Shown here: in pieces, positions 1 to 9,461 of the stretch
Layout: each line of letters starts with the position of its first letter
Numbering within the stretch: the stretch's first letter is position 1
Origin: a virus
Lineage: Duplodnaviria > Caudoviricetes
Direction: 5' to 3' (one strand)
IMG/VR virus record: IMGVR_UViG_3300007513_000031
Coordinates: 8-64,007 of that record
DNA: 64,000 nt
The notes under the pieces: model-generated
Database searches by the model: none
The model's input: the letters and a program-made list of their open reading frames with translations, nothing else
What the model was told of the DNA's origin: nothing
Program-made: the position numbers and the translations under genes

Positions 1-953
1 TTTACAAACAAAAAGAATTATTAGAAGACGCAATTATCATTTACAGGGTTCAAAGAGCACCTGAAAGAAGAGTATTTTATATTGACGTAGGTAATATGCC
101 AACACACTTGGCTATGCAATTCGTTGAGAGAGTTAAAAACGAAATTAATCAAAGAAGAATTCCAAGCACATCGGGTGGTGTCAACTATATTGATGCTACA
201 TATAATCCAATGTCAATTAATGAGGATTATTTCTTTCCGCAAACAGCAGAAGGAAGAGGATCTAAAGTTGATACACTGCCAGGTGGTACTAATTTAGGTG
301 AAATAGATGATCTTAAATTCTTTACAAACAAATTGTTTAGAGGATTAAGAATTCCAAGTTCATATTTGCCAACTGGACCCGATGATGGACAACAACAGTA
401 CAATGACGGTAGAGTTGGTACTGCATACATCCAAGAATTAAGATTTAACAAATATTGTATGAGATTACAAAGTATGTTAAATGCAACATTTGATGAAGAA
501 TTTAAATTATGGATTAAATCAAAAGGTTACAACATTGATAATGGAATGTTTGAACTTAAACTTAACCCACCACAAAACTTTGCACAGTATAGACAGACAG
601 AAATGGATCAAAGTAGAGTACAAACATTTACACAGGTTGCTGAACTTCCTTATATGTCTAAAAGATTTGCATTAAGTAGATATTTAGGATTAAGTGAAGA
701 AGAAATGGCAAGAAATGCTGACTTATGGGCAGAAGAAAATAATATTCCACAAAGAAAACAAAGTAAAAATGCACAACTAAGATCAGGTGGAGTATCAAAA
801 GCAGGTATTACATCTGATTTAGATCAATTTGAAGAGCCAACTGCAGAGCCAGAAGCACCACAACCAGGACAACCAGGTCAAACTACACCAGGACAAACAC
901 CAGGTGGAGGCGGAACAATACCAGGCGGAACAGGTGGCGGAACAACTATATAG
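1..953 (+). CDS. gp20: Portal vertex protein (T4 gp20-like), 5'-truncated by window edge
   Basis: Frame is open from position 3 (YKQKELLEDAIIIYRVQRAPERRVFYIDVGNMP). EDYFFP..EGRGSKVDTLPGG.NLGEIDDLKFF motif. P/G/Q-rich C-terminal tail. Confidence 0.95.
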   Translation, partial: YKQKELLEDAIIIYRVQRAPERRVFYIDVGNMPTHLAMQFVERVKNEINQRRIPSTSGGVNYIDATYNPMSINEDYFFPQTAEGRGSKVDTLPGGTNLGEIDDLKFFTNKLFRGLRIPSSYLPTGPDDGQQQYNDGRVGTAYIQELRFNKYCMRLQSMLNATFDEEFKLWIKSKGYNIDNGMFELKLNPPQNFAQYRQTEMDQSRVQTFTQVAELPYMSKRFALSRYLGLSEEEMARNADLWAEENNIPQRKQSKNAQLRSGGVSKAGITSDLDQFEEPTAEPEAPQPGQPGQTTPGQTPGGGGTIPGGTGGGTTI

Positions 954-967
954 GATTAAATACGAGT

Positions 968-1207
968 ATGCAACTACGTGAATTTTTTAATTATACGCAA
1001 GACGGTTTTGAACAGGATAAAACCTATGATCCTGAACAAGATATTTCAATATTAGATAAAGACGATACTAGAAAAACACGTCTTACACTCAGTGATATTA
1101 ATTCAATGCGATTAGCATCTGAAGACCATGACGACCAACAAAAAGAAGAAGCAGAATTTGTTCAAAAAATGTATGCTCAACCACAAGCAGACGATTTAGC
1201 AATCTAA
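968..1207 (+). CDS. Small acidic hypothetical protein, probable prohead core component
   Basis: 79 aa ORF directly after portal; TAAATA 5 nt upstream; begins M-x-L-x-E like head-processed proteins. Confidence 0.55.
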   Translation: MQLREFFNYTQDGFEQDKTYDPEQDISILDKDDTRKTRLTLSDINSMRLASEDHDDQQKEEAEFVQKMYAQPQADDLAI

Positions 1208-1249
1208 TTTATTATACCTTTTAGTAAAACAGAATAATTAATATAAATC

Positions 1250-1876
1250 ATGAATGAAGTAGCATTTGTACTAGGTAATGGCGAATCTCGAAAAGGAATC
1301 CAAATAGAAGATTTAAAAAAACACGGCACGGTGTTTGCCTGTAATGGTGTTTATAGAACTGATACTCCAGATTTTTTAATTGCAGTAGATCCTAAAATGG
1401 TTTTAGAACTTGCAGAAACAGATTATATTGTTAAACACGAAGTATGGTCAAACTTCAATGCACAATATAATAAAAATCAAAAAATATTAGATAATGTAAA
1501 ATGGTTTCAACCTAGTTTAGGATGGAGTTCTGGACCAACAGCATTAAGATTGGCATGTGATCGTAAGTTCACTGAGATTTATATGCTTGGATTTGACTAT
1601 GCTGGGTACCCTGATCCTAAAAGTTCCAACAGACATAAATTTAATAACCTCTTTAAAGATACTCGTAACTACAAAAAAAGTACAGATGAAGCAACTTTTT
1701 ATGGTAATTGGATGAACCAAACCAAACGTTGCTTACAAGATTTTAAAGATATTAAATTTCATAGAGTAATACCTGAAGGATGGTTCAAACCTAAAGATTT
1801 AGATTGGCATGACAACATGCATCATATGACTACAGAACAACTATTGTCAAAATTTAATTTAGAAATTAAAATATAG
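1250..1876 (+). CDS. DUF115/MptE-like (Maf-type) putative glycosyltransferase
   Basis: AFVLGNGESR..FACN..YR..PDFLIAVD and IYMLGFD motifs; paralog of 60978 and 14726. Confidence 0.6.
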   Translation: MNEVAFVLGNGESRKGIQIEDLKKHGTVFACNGVYRTDTPDFLIAVDPKMVLELAETDYIVKHEVWSNFNAQYNKNQKILDNVKWFQPSLGWSSGPTALRLACDRKFTEIYMLGFDYAGYPDPKSSNRHKFNNLFKDTRNYKKSTDEATFYGNWMNQTKRCLQDFKDIKFHRVIPEGWFKPKDLDWHDNMHHMTTEQLLSKFNLEIKI

Positions 1877-1975
1877 TCAAAACCGCCTTTTTACATCAGT
1901 TATACCCCCGTTTTTGCAACTTTATCTTAAATAATAACACTTATAAGTACAAATCATATAGAAGGAGCACGTGTA

Positions 1976-2965
1976 ATGTCGAATAAATTTGAATCGTTAT
2001 TAGAATTACTAATTAACGAAGAAAACGAAAAAGCTGAAGCTCTTTTCCACGAAATAGTAGTAGAAAAATCAAGAGATATCTACGAAAATTTAGCAGATGG
2101 AGAAGTAAAAGCAGAAGCTAAAGAAGAAGCTAAAGACGAAGCTAAAGAAGACAACAAAGAAGAAGTTAAGGAAACTGAAAAAGCTGACGAAAAAGAAGAA
2201 GCTAAAGAAGAAGCTAAAGAAGAAGCAGTTGACGAAACTAAAGAAGACAAATCTGCAGAAGAAAATATTAAAGACGAAGGAGTCTTTACTAAACCTGCAC
2301 CAACACTATCACAAGCACCAGTTGAAAAAACTGACGAAGAATCAATTGAAGAAATCGGTGGCGATGCTACTGACGAATTAATTAAAGATATCTCAAGTGA
2401 TGAAGAAGGCGAAGGCGACAAAGCGGCTGACGAATTAGGCCAAGATATGGACGCTGATGCTGAAAACGGTGAAGAAGGATCTGTAGAAGACAGAGTTGTT
2501 GATTTAGAAGACGCTTTAGACGAACTAAAAGCAGAATTTGAAGCAATGATGTCTGGAAAAAACGGTGATGATGAAGAAGCAGAAGAAGCGGCTATCGCAC
2601 CAGTTGTACCAGCACAAGAAACTCAACCAGAGATGTCTAGAGTTGAAGGCAAAGATGCTAAAGTAGAAACAAAAGATGTTGTAAAAGAATACAAAATCAA
2701 AAAATCTGCTGATAATGCTGAACATGCTGACAACAAAAAATCTCCAACAGCGGCTAAAGGTGGTGCAAAACCAGGCGGAACTCCAGTAAAAACTGGCAGT
2801 GGCGCAGAAGACAAAGGTAGACCGGCACCAACTGCACAAAAAGTTGCAGGAGAATTTGCTAACAGCCCGGGTAAAGATAAATCAACTTCTTATAAAAAAG
2901 AAGTAAAGGCTGATAAAGCAGATCATTCAGATAAAGCAGGAAAATCTCCAATATCTGGCAAATAA
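1976..2965 (+). CDS. Highly acidic prohead core/scaffold-associated protein
   Basis: E/D/K-rich, SD AAGGAG, located between portal and prohead protease. Confidence 0.7.
   Translation: MSNKFESLLELLINEENEKAEALFHEIVVEKSRDIYENLADGEVKAEAKEEAKDEAKEDNKEEVKETEKADEKEEAKEEAKEEAVDETKEDKSAEENIKDEGVFTKPAPTLSQAPVEKTDEESIEEIGGDATDELIKDISSDEEGEGDKAADELGQDMDADAENGEEGSVEDRVVDLEDALDELKAEFEAMMSGKNGDDEEAEEAAIAPVVPAQETQPEMSRVEGKDAKVETKDVVKEYKIKKSADNAEHADNKKSPTAAKGGAKPGGTPVKTGSGAEDKGRPAPTAQKVAGEFANSPGKDKSTSYKKEVKADKADHSDKAGKSPISGK
2114..2227 (+). repeat. 12-bp tandem repeats (GAAGCTAAAGA[A/C]) encoding EAKE/EAKD
   Basis: Three copies at 2114-2149 and two at 2198-2221. Confidence 0.85.
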
Positions 2966-2996
2966 GCTAATATTGAGATTTTAAAGGAGAGTTTGG

Positions 2997-3626
2997 ATGT
3001 CATTATATCTTAGAGAACACTTAACCTATGATCAGGCTAGAATGCAGATCTTGCACGAAGGTGAACAAGGCAAAGATTTGTACATGAAAGGAATCTGTAT
3101 TCAAGGAGGCATTAAAAATGCTAACGAAAGAGTTTATCCTGTTAATGAAATAGGAAAAGCAGTAAAAACTCTTAATGACCAGATAGGTTCTGGTTATTCA
3201 GTTCTCGGAGAAGTAGATCATCCAGACGATTTAAAGATTAATTTGGACCGTGTATCTCACATGATTACTGAAATGTGGATGGATGGACCAAATGGATACG
3301 GCAAAATGAAAATTTTGCCAACACCGATGGGCCAACTTGTCAAAACAATGTTAGAATCAGGTGTGAAATTAGGCGTCAGTTCTCGTGGCTCTGGTAACAT
3401 ATCAGAGTACGGTAGCGGCGAAGTTTCAGACTTCGAAATCATAACAGTTGATGTTGTGGCCCAACCTTCGGCACCAGGGGCTTATCCTACGCCAATTTAT
3501 GAACATCTTTTAAACACAAAAGGTGGATTAAAGGCAAAAGGACTGGCGGCTGAAGTTAGAAATGATGCAAAAGCCCAAAAGTACCTCAAAGAGGCGTTAA
3601 CTAACATAATAAAGGACCTAAAATAA
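2997..3626 (+). CDS. gp21: Prohead core protease (T4 gp21-like)
   Basis: KNANERVYP, GEVDHP, LGVSSRGSG, DVVAQPSAPGAY motifs. Confidence 0.95.
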   Translation: MSLYLREHLTYDQARMQILHEGEQGKDLYMKGICIQGGIKNANERVYPVNEIGKAVKTLNDQIGSGYSVLGEVDHPDDLKINLDRVSHMITEMWMDGPNGYGKMKILPTPMGQLVKTMLESGVKLGVSSRGSGNISEYGSGEVSDFEIITVDVVAQPSAPGAYPTPIYEHLLNTKGGLKAKGLAAEVRNDAKAQKYLKEALTNIIKDLK

Positions 3627-4687
3627 TGTTTGATATATCAAAACTAGTAGAATCAGGAGCAATTTCGGAAGATGTGCAAAAAAGCATCCAAGAAGCTTGG
3701 GATTCTAAAATAAAAGAAAACAAAGAAGTAGTAGGTGCTGAATTAAGAGAAGAATTTGCTAAAAGATACGAGCATGACAAAACAAACATGATCGAAGCCA
3801 TCGATAAAATGATGACTGAAAAATTAAGCGAAGAAATCTCTAAATTTATAGAAGATAGAAAAGCACTTGCACAAGAAAAAATTGCTTACAAAGAAAATGT
3901 AGGCGCTCACTCTGCCAAATTACAAGAATTCGTTCTTACTAAATTGTCAGAAGAGTTAAAAGAACTACACAGCGACCGTAAAGGTGTTCATAGTAACTTT
4001 GGTAAAATGGAAGAGTTTGTAGTAAACGCTCTTGCAAAAGAAATCAAAGAATTCCATGAAGACAAAAAAGGCGTTGTGGAAACTAAAGTTAAACTAGTAG
4101 CAGAAGCGAAAAAACAAATGGCTAAGATGAAAGAAGCTTTCATATCAAAATCTGCTAAAGTTGTAGAATCTGCTGTGAATAAAAAACTTGCTGAAGAATT
4201 AAGCACGTTAAAAGAAGATATCACAAAAGCAAGAGAAGTTAACTTTGGTAAAAAAGTATTCGAAGCGTTTGCGAGCGAGTATCAGAATTCATACTTAAAT
4301 GAGAAATCTGAGACTAGCAAATTAATGAAAGTTGTGGATGAAACTACACTTAAATTAAAAGACGCTGAGAAGGCCGTTGAAGAGAAACAAGCGGTGATTG
4401 AGTCGAAAGAAGCTGAGTCCAAAAGACAAGCTGACTTGATGGAACGCAAGGAAAAGATGGCCGAGATGCTCAAACCATTGGGCAAAGAAAAAAGTGAAGT
4501 TATGGCTCAGTTACTTGAAAGTGTACAAACTAACAAGTTACAATCTTCATTTGACAAGTATCTACCTCACGTAATGGCGGACAAAGCAGTTCCAGGAAAA
4601 ACAAAAGTTCTTTCTGAAAGCGGCGGCGACAGAGCGAAAAGGGAAGATGCAGAAATAACAAATATTCGTCATTTGGCGGGTATATAA
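3626..4687 (+). CDS. gp22: Prohead scaffolding protein (gp22-like)
   Basis: Coiled-coil E/K-rich protein between protease and major capsid gene. Confidence 0.85.
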   Translation: MFDISKLVESGAISEDVQKSIQEAWDSKIKENKEVVGAELREEFAKRYEHDKTNMIEAIDKMMTEKLSEEISKFIEDRKALAQEKIAYKENVGAHSAKLQEFVLTKLSEELKELHSDRKGVHSNFGKMEEFVVNALAKEIKEFHEDKKGVVETKVKLVAEAKKQMAKMKEAFISKSAKVVESAVNKKLAEELSTLKEDITKAREVNFGKKVFEAFASEYQNSYLNEKSETSKLMKVVDETTLKLKDAEKAVEEKQAVIESKEAESKRQADLMERKEKMAEMLKPLGKEKSEVMAQLLESVQTNKLQSSFDKYLPHVMADKAVPGKTKVLSESGGDRAKREDAEITNIRHLAGI

Positions 4688-4711
4688 TAAACTAAAGGGG
4701 AAGATAAAAAT

Positions 4712-5884
4712 ATGTCAGAAATATTTGAATCTAAATGGGCAGAAACTAAAACTGCTCTAACTGAAGGTTTAGCAGGCAACAAGAAAAAAACGATGGATGT
4801 CATTTTAGAAAACACTAAAAGATATTTGTCAGAACAAGCTACTGCAGGTGCTACATCTGCTGGTAACGTTGCTACGTTAAACCGTGTGATCCTTCCAGTA
4901 ATACGTAGGGTTATGCCTACTGTTATAGCGAACGAGATTGTTGGTGTACAACCAATGACTGGTCCGGTTGGACAGATCCACACACTAAGAATAAGATATG
5001 CAGACACAGTAAGTTCTAATACAACTGCTGGTGAAGAAGCATTATCTCCATTCAAAATAGCGAAAGCATACGCTGGTAACCAGAACAACACAACTCCTAA
5101 AGGAGCATCAACAGCTTCATTAGAGGGTACGGCTGGTAAGAGATTATCAATTCAAATCTTGAAACAACCAGTTGAGGCGAAATCAAGAAAACTATCTGCA
5201 AGATGGACTTTTGAAGCGGCTCAAGATGCTCAAGCACAACAAGGTATCGATGTAGAAGCAGAGATCATGGCGGCATTAGCTCAAGAAATTACGGCTGAGA
5301 TTGACCAAGAGATCATCGGTTCATTAAGAACATTAGCTGGTTCAGCTTCTGAGACTTATGACCAAGCGGCTGTTTCTGGTACTGCAACTTTCGTTGGTGA
5401 TGAACACGCGGCATTAGCTGTGTTAATCAACAGAGTAGCAAACCAAATCGCTACAAGAACTAGAAGAGGCGCTGGAAACTACGCAGTAGTATCTCCAACA
5501 GCTTTAACTATTCTTCAATCAGCAACAACTTCAGCATTTGCTAGATCAACTGAAGGTACTTTTGAAGCACCTACTAACACAAAATTTGTTGGTACATTGA
5601 ACGCTTCAATGAGAGTATACGTAGACGCATACGCGGCTGACGGTACTTCAGTACTAGTTGGTTACAAAGGTGCAAGTGAAGCAGACGCTCCGGCGTTCTA
5701 CTGTCCTTACATTCCTTTAATGTCAAGTGGCGTTGTTCTTGATCCTGCAACTTTCGAACCAGTTGTTGGTTTCCTAACAAGATACGGTTATGTTGAATTA
5801 ACAAACACTGCATCTTCACTAGGTAACGCGGCAGACTACGTTGGATTAGTAGCAGTAACAAGTGCTAACTTAAAATTTAAATAA
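4712..5884 (+). CDS. gp23: Major capsid protein (gp23-like)
   Basis: GVQPMTGPVGQI, AKSRKLSARWTFEAAQD, FYCPYIPL, GFLTRYG motifs. Confidence 0.97.
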   Translation: MSEIFESKWAETKTALTEGLAGNKKKTMDVILENTKRYLSEQATAGATSAGNVATLNRVILPVIRRVMPTVIANEIVGVQPMTGPVGQIHTLRIRYADTVSSNTTAGEEALSPFKIAKAYAGNQNNTTPKGASTASLEGTAGKRLSIQILKQPVEAKSRKLSARWTFEAAQDAQAQQGIDVEAEIMAALAQEITAEIDQEIIGSLRTLAGSASETYDQAAVSGTATFVGDEHAALAVLINRVANQIATRTRRGAGNYAVVSPTALTILQSATTSAFARSTEGTFEAPTNTKFVGTLNASMRVYVDAYAADGTSVLVGYKGASEADAPAFYCPYIPLMSSGVVLDPATFEPVVGFLTRYGYVELTNTASSLGNAADYVGLVAVTSANLKFK

Positions 5885-5910
5885 TTTTTTTATAGATTAT
5901 TTTGAATCAT

Positions 5911-5944
5911 AAAGAAAGGCGGCTTCGGTCGCCTTTCTTTTTTT
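5911..5944 (+). terminator. Rho-independent terminator after major capsid gene
   Basis: aaagaaaggcggc-TTCG-gtcgcctttcttt followed by T-run. Confidence 0.9.
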
Positions 5945-5976
5945 GTGACTATACTTTCGTACTTTAAATAACAATA

Positions 5977-6552
5977 ATGCATCACACATTTCATCATATT
6001 CCAAAAACAGGTGGTAGCACAATAAGAATAAGACTTGAAGATCGTGCAGATAAAAAACAAATTAGTAAATTGAATTATGCTATTGGACATAATACCACTC
6101 ACAGAACTCCAGGAATACATTTTACTTGGTTACGTAATCCTTTAGACAGAGATATATCACAGTTCAATTATGATATGTCAAAAGGAGAAGCAGAGGCAGA
6201 CACATTTGAAAAACATTGTCAACTATTATCTGGTAATTTTATTACTTTATGGTTGCACAAGAATTATCTTTTACAAGATCCTAATGTAGATATAAATTCA
6301 AAATATATAAATGTGCAACAATGTTTAAAAAATAATTTTCAAAAAGTTTTTTCTACAGAAAGTATTGAACAAAGCTGGAATGAAATTGCTAACTTTTTGA
6401 AAATTGATAGAGAACCAAGACTAAACACAAACAGAAGTCATAGTGATTACAAAAAATACAGTGACAAAAAAAATTTAAGTAAAGAATTCCTTGAATGGCA
6501 CAGGAATTATAACCACTATGATTATAAACTTTTTGAAGAGTTTTGTACGTAG
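5977..6552 (+). CDS. Sulfotransferase family protein
   Basis: 5'-PSB motif HIPKTGGST and 3'-PB motif LRNPLDR.IS. Confidence 0.75.
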   Translation: MHHTFHHIPKTGGSTIRIRLEDRADKKQISKLNYAIGHNTTHRTPGIHFTWLRNPLDRDISQFNYDMSKGEAEADTFEKHCQLLSGNFITLWLHKNYLLQDPNVDINSKYINVQQCLKNNFQKVFSTESIEQSWNEIANFLKIDREPRLNTNRSHSDYKKYSDKKNLSKEFLEWHRNYNHYDYKLFEEFCT

Positions 6553-6672
6553 ATAAAAAAGTATTTTTACCATCACAAGACGCACAAACCAAATAGTATA
6601 GTTTTATTCGTAAAACAGACTTCTAAATAATTCTAAGTTTCATATGAAACTTTACATCAAGGGAGGTCCAAC

Positions 6673-6906
6673 ATGGATATCATGATGAAAATAAAAGGAT
6701 GGGCGAAAGGATTAGCTGATGTCGGTGTAAGTTTAATCGCATTAGGAATCGTTTTAGAAATTCTTTTCAGCGGTCAAGGTGTTCCGTTCTGGCCACATAT
6801 TTCTGTAATAGGAAATGTCCAGGGCGTATTGCAAGGCTTTTCTGATCAAGGTTTGATTGGATTAGTAGCAGTTTGGATTTTATATCATATCTACAATAGA
6901 AAATAA
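6673..6906 (+). CDS. Small hydrophobic membrane protein
   Basis: SD GGGAGG; hydrophobic segments; basic C-terminus; own TAAATA promoter (6624-6629). Confidence 0.75.
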   Translation: MDIMMKIKGWAKGLADVGVSLIALGIVLEILFSGQGVPFWPHISVIGNVQGVLQGFSDQGLIGLVAVWILYHIYNRK

Positions 6907-6940
6907 TATAATAATCTAGAAATACGTTAACCTTAAGATC

Positions 6941-6981
6941 AAAGAGTGGTGTAACTACTTTAAATTTTACACCACTCTTTT
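6941..6981 (+). terminator. Terminator hairpin (14-bp perfect stem)
   Basis: aaagagtggtgtaa ... ttacaccactcttt. Confidence 0.75.
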
Positions 6982-7011
6982 CAGAATAAATATAGCATAG
7001 GAGATAATTTT

Positions 7012-7122
7012 ATGAAAGATTTTATTAAAAACAAGAAAGTCTGGATAGGTATTGCCGTAGTAATCATCGTGATTGGTTGGGTAGTATGGTCTGGACAACC
7101 AGCACCAGAGATTCAAGGTTAA
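7012..7122 (+). CDS. 36-aa single-TM peptide MKDFIKNKKVWIGIAVVIIVIGWVVWSGQPAPEIQG (not in ORF track)
   Basis: ATAAATA at 6986-6992, SD AGGAG, basic N-terminus followed by a hydrophobic helix. Confidence 0.7.
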   Translation: MKDFIKNKKVWIGIAVVIIVIGWVVWSGQPAPEIQG

Positions 7123-7217
7123 TATAAAAACCATTAAAAGGTCGATTAGTTTAGGATATTCGAAATTGACCTTTTTTATGGGTGTTTTATAAATCCTATA
7201 CAACAATAAATACACAT

Positions 7218-7307
7218 AGTTCAAACGTGCTTTGACACAAAGTCAAAGACTTATGCGGATAACCACCGCGTAGCCAGGAGAACTGGCATTGGACTCCTAA
7301 AAAGGAG
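7218..7307 (+). promoter_or_regulatory. Structured 5' leader RNA (four-way junction plus anti-SD hairpin)
   Basis: P1 7218-24/7289-95, P2 7230-36/7242-48, P3 7252-58/7266-72, P4 7273-77/7283-87; ctcct/aggag sequesters the SD; starts 5 nt after TAAATA. Confidence 0.6.
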
Positions 7308-7314
7308 AAAACAA

Positions 7315-7749
7315 ATGGGAAGACCTATCAAAAAAAGTAAAATGGCCAACACTTCAAGTGGCGCGGCAGGTAATATAGCTGTAACAGCTTATAGACCGTA
7401 CGGTGGAGCAAAAGTTGATTCTACTACGGCTTATATAATATCACAAAGAGGATCTAAACTATTCAAGATTTCGTTAGAAGATTCTTCTAATGCTGTGTAC
7501 CAATTGAAAGCAGTTGCACCAGGATCACTAGCTAATGATAACACTAGCTCATATGGTGAGTTCTGTGTACAGGTTATATTAAATGACTCAACAGTTGCAT
7601 ACGTTGAACGATTTTATAACAACACAATTCATTATGTGACTGCGGCAGGTGCGGCAGGTACTTGCACATATACATTAGGTGATGAAGGTACTGATGAAGG
7701 ACAAGCAGGATCAGGTGCTGGTTCCATTGACGTTATTACTGCACAGTAA
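7315..7749 (+). CDS. Putative abundant virion structural protein (possibly head decoration)
   Basis: Strong SD, own late promoter and terminator, beta-rich composition; function inferred only. Confidence 0.5.
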   Translation: MGRPIKKSKMANTSSGAAGNIAVTAYRPYGGAKVDSTTAYIISQRGSKLFKISLEDSSNAVYQLKAVAPGSLANDNTSSYGEFCVQVILNDSTVAYVERFYNNTIHYVTAAGAAGTCTYTLGDEGTDEGQAGSGAGSIDVITAQ

Positions 7750-7773
7750 TAATATCTAACACGTGCTTATAAT

Positions 7774-7802
7774 AGGGGGAGTTCAACGCTCCCCCTTTCT
7801 TT
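7774..7802 (+). terminator. Rho-independent terminator
   Basis: agggggag-ttcaacg-ctccccct followed by T-rich tail. Confidence 0.85.
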
Positions 7803-7818
7803 ACATAAATAATAACAA

Positions 7819-8655
7819 ATGGCAAAGACTTTACGTACATCAGGTGATTATACAATAACAACAGGCACAGGTGCGAGTGGTTCAAATACTGTATTTTTGG
7901 ACTCAAAAACAACAAGAGTTCAAGGAGATTTAGTTGTTGACGGAACAAGAACAGAATTAAACACAGCAACAATGTCTATTGAAGACAAATTTATAGAAGT
8001 TAACAGAGGTAACTCTACTGCAGATTCTGAAGATTCAGGAATATTTTTTAATAGAGGTACTTCAAACCATGGATTATTATATTGGGACGCAGGAGACGAT
8101 GAATTCCAACTAGGTACATCAACAAATGCTCCATCAGTTACAGCAATTACAAATATGACATTAGGAAATTTGGCAATTGCAAGTCCTACACAATCTGATC
8201 ATGCCGCAACTAAAAGTTATGTAGATTCCACATCTGCTTCTACAATTAGAATTGCTGGCGATGACTCATCAATTATTACAACAGGTGGTTCAACTGATAC
8301 TCTACAATTATTGGGTGGAACAAATATTTCTAATACTACTGTGGTTGGTGCAGATTCAATTACATTTAATTTAAACAACGATTTAACAGGAATAACATCA
8401 ATAACATCAGATTCATCAAATGGTAATTTAACTTTAGCAACAAATGGTACTGGAGATGTAGTAATTAATGACACATTAACATTTTCGGCCGCGGCAAGTA
8501 CTCCAACAGCAACATCAGTAACTAAAATTTACAATAAAACAGTAGGTGGAGGAGGTACTGGATTGTTTTTTATTAACTCAGCAGTTAGCTCAGGTACGGA
8601 AGGTGAACTGATAAGTAAGAGTAAGGCTACGGCTTTAGCGATAGCATTAGGATAA
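7819..8655 (+). CDS. Tail fibre/baseplate-associated structural protein
   Basis: T/S/G-rich; GDLVVDGT..IEDKFIEVN..GIFFNRG..LYWD module shared with neighbouring fibre proteins. Confidence 0.7.
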   Translation: MAKTLRTSGDYTITTGTGASGSNTVFLDSKTTRVQGDLVVDGTRTELNTATMSIEDKFIEVNRGNSTADSEDSGIFFNRGTSNHGLLYWDAGDDEFQLGTSTNAPSVTAITNMTLGNLAIASPTQSDHAATKSYVDSTSASTIRIAGDDSSIITTGGSTDTLQLLGGTNISNTTVVGADSITFNLNNDLTGITSITSDSSNGNLTLATNGTGDVVINDTLTFSAAASTPTATSVTKIYNKTVGGGGTGLFFINSAVSSGTEGELISKSKATALAIALG

Positions 8656-8661
8656 AAAAAT

Positions 8662-8985
8662 ATGGCAATAACAAATTATCAAGTAGGTACAGGACTAGGA
8701 ACAGCGGCCTTTACTGCATCTGCAGACACAGCAGTTACAGTAATATACATTACTAATAAGACAGATGGTGATGGTACTGTTGATGTTTATGTCGTTCCAA
8801 GTTATGATGGTAGTACAACACCAACCGCTAATTACTTGGTTTATTCACAATTAACTATTAAAGCCAGAGACACTTATATTATAGACACAGAAAAAATGAT
8901 ATTAAGCAATACTGATGCAATTTTTATTGCGGCACCAGATTCAGCGGCGCAGTTTAACGCAACAATCTCAACTATAGGATTATAA
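8662..8985 (+). CDS. Small virion structural protein
   Basis: 107 aa beta-rich protein in the fibre operon. Confidence 0.55.
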   Translation: MAITNYQVGTGLGTAAFTASADTAVTVIYITNKTDGDGTVDVYVVPSYDGSTTPTANYLVYSQLTIKARDTYIIDTEKMILSNTDAIFIAAPDSAAQFNATISTIGL

Positions 8986-8990
8986 TAGCC

Positions 8991-9458
8991 ATGGGTAGAT
9001 TTGTAAAAAACCCAATAATAGGCGACAATGCAGTTGGCGTTACAATTCCAAATGTAACTACTGCTCAAAGACCTTCTGGTTCTAATGGACAATTAATTTA
9101 CAACACAACAACTTCAACATATCAATCTTATATTGGTTCAGCATGGTACAATATAGCAACCGCGGCAGGAGAAAAAACTTTAACTATTGATCGATTCCAA
9201 GGTGACGGAACAACAACTGTATTTGGTAGTGGTGCAGGAAATACTTTAGATGGTTCAACTGCGGCAAGTTTTAGTGTTACTGTAACCGATGCTACAGATA
9301 TTGTTGTATTTGTTGGTGGCGTTTATCAAGTACCAACAACAAATTATACTATATCAGGAAATCAAATTACTTTTGGTTCTGCTCCACCAGCCAATGATGG
9401 TGCAACTAGCGGTCACGTCATAACCATTATTCATAACTTACATAAATTAGGCGAATAA
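8991..9458 (+). CDS. Fibre/baseplate structural protein with GDGTTT..VFVGGVYQ.P..NYT module
   Basis: TTAQRP..G.L.YNTT linker plus a module shared with 13361 and 15359. Confidence 0.65.
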   Translation: MGRFVKNPIIGDNAVGVTIPNVTTAQRPSGSNGQLIYNTTTSTYQSYIGSAWYNIATAAGEKTLTIDRFQGDGTTTVFGSGAGNTLDGSTAASFSVTVTDATDIVVFVGGVYQVPTTNYTISGNQITFGSAPPANDGATSGHVITIIHNLHKLGE

Positions 9459-9461
9459 TTT

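Noticed and set aside
856-945. PGQ/GG repeats at the portal C-terminus
   Set aside because: Ordinary low-complexity disordered tail
6967-7224. 85-aa minus-strand ORF
   Set aside because: Overlaps the better supported plus-strand 36-aa gene, which has promoter and SD
7218-7295. tRNA gene
   Set aside because: Cloverleaf-like topology but no GTTCRA T-loop, no D-loop GG and non-tRNA stem lengths; kept as a leader RNA
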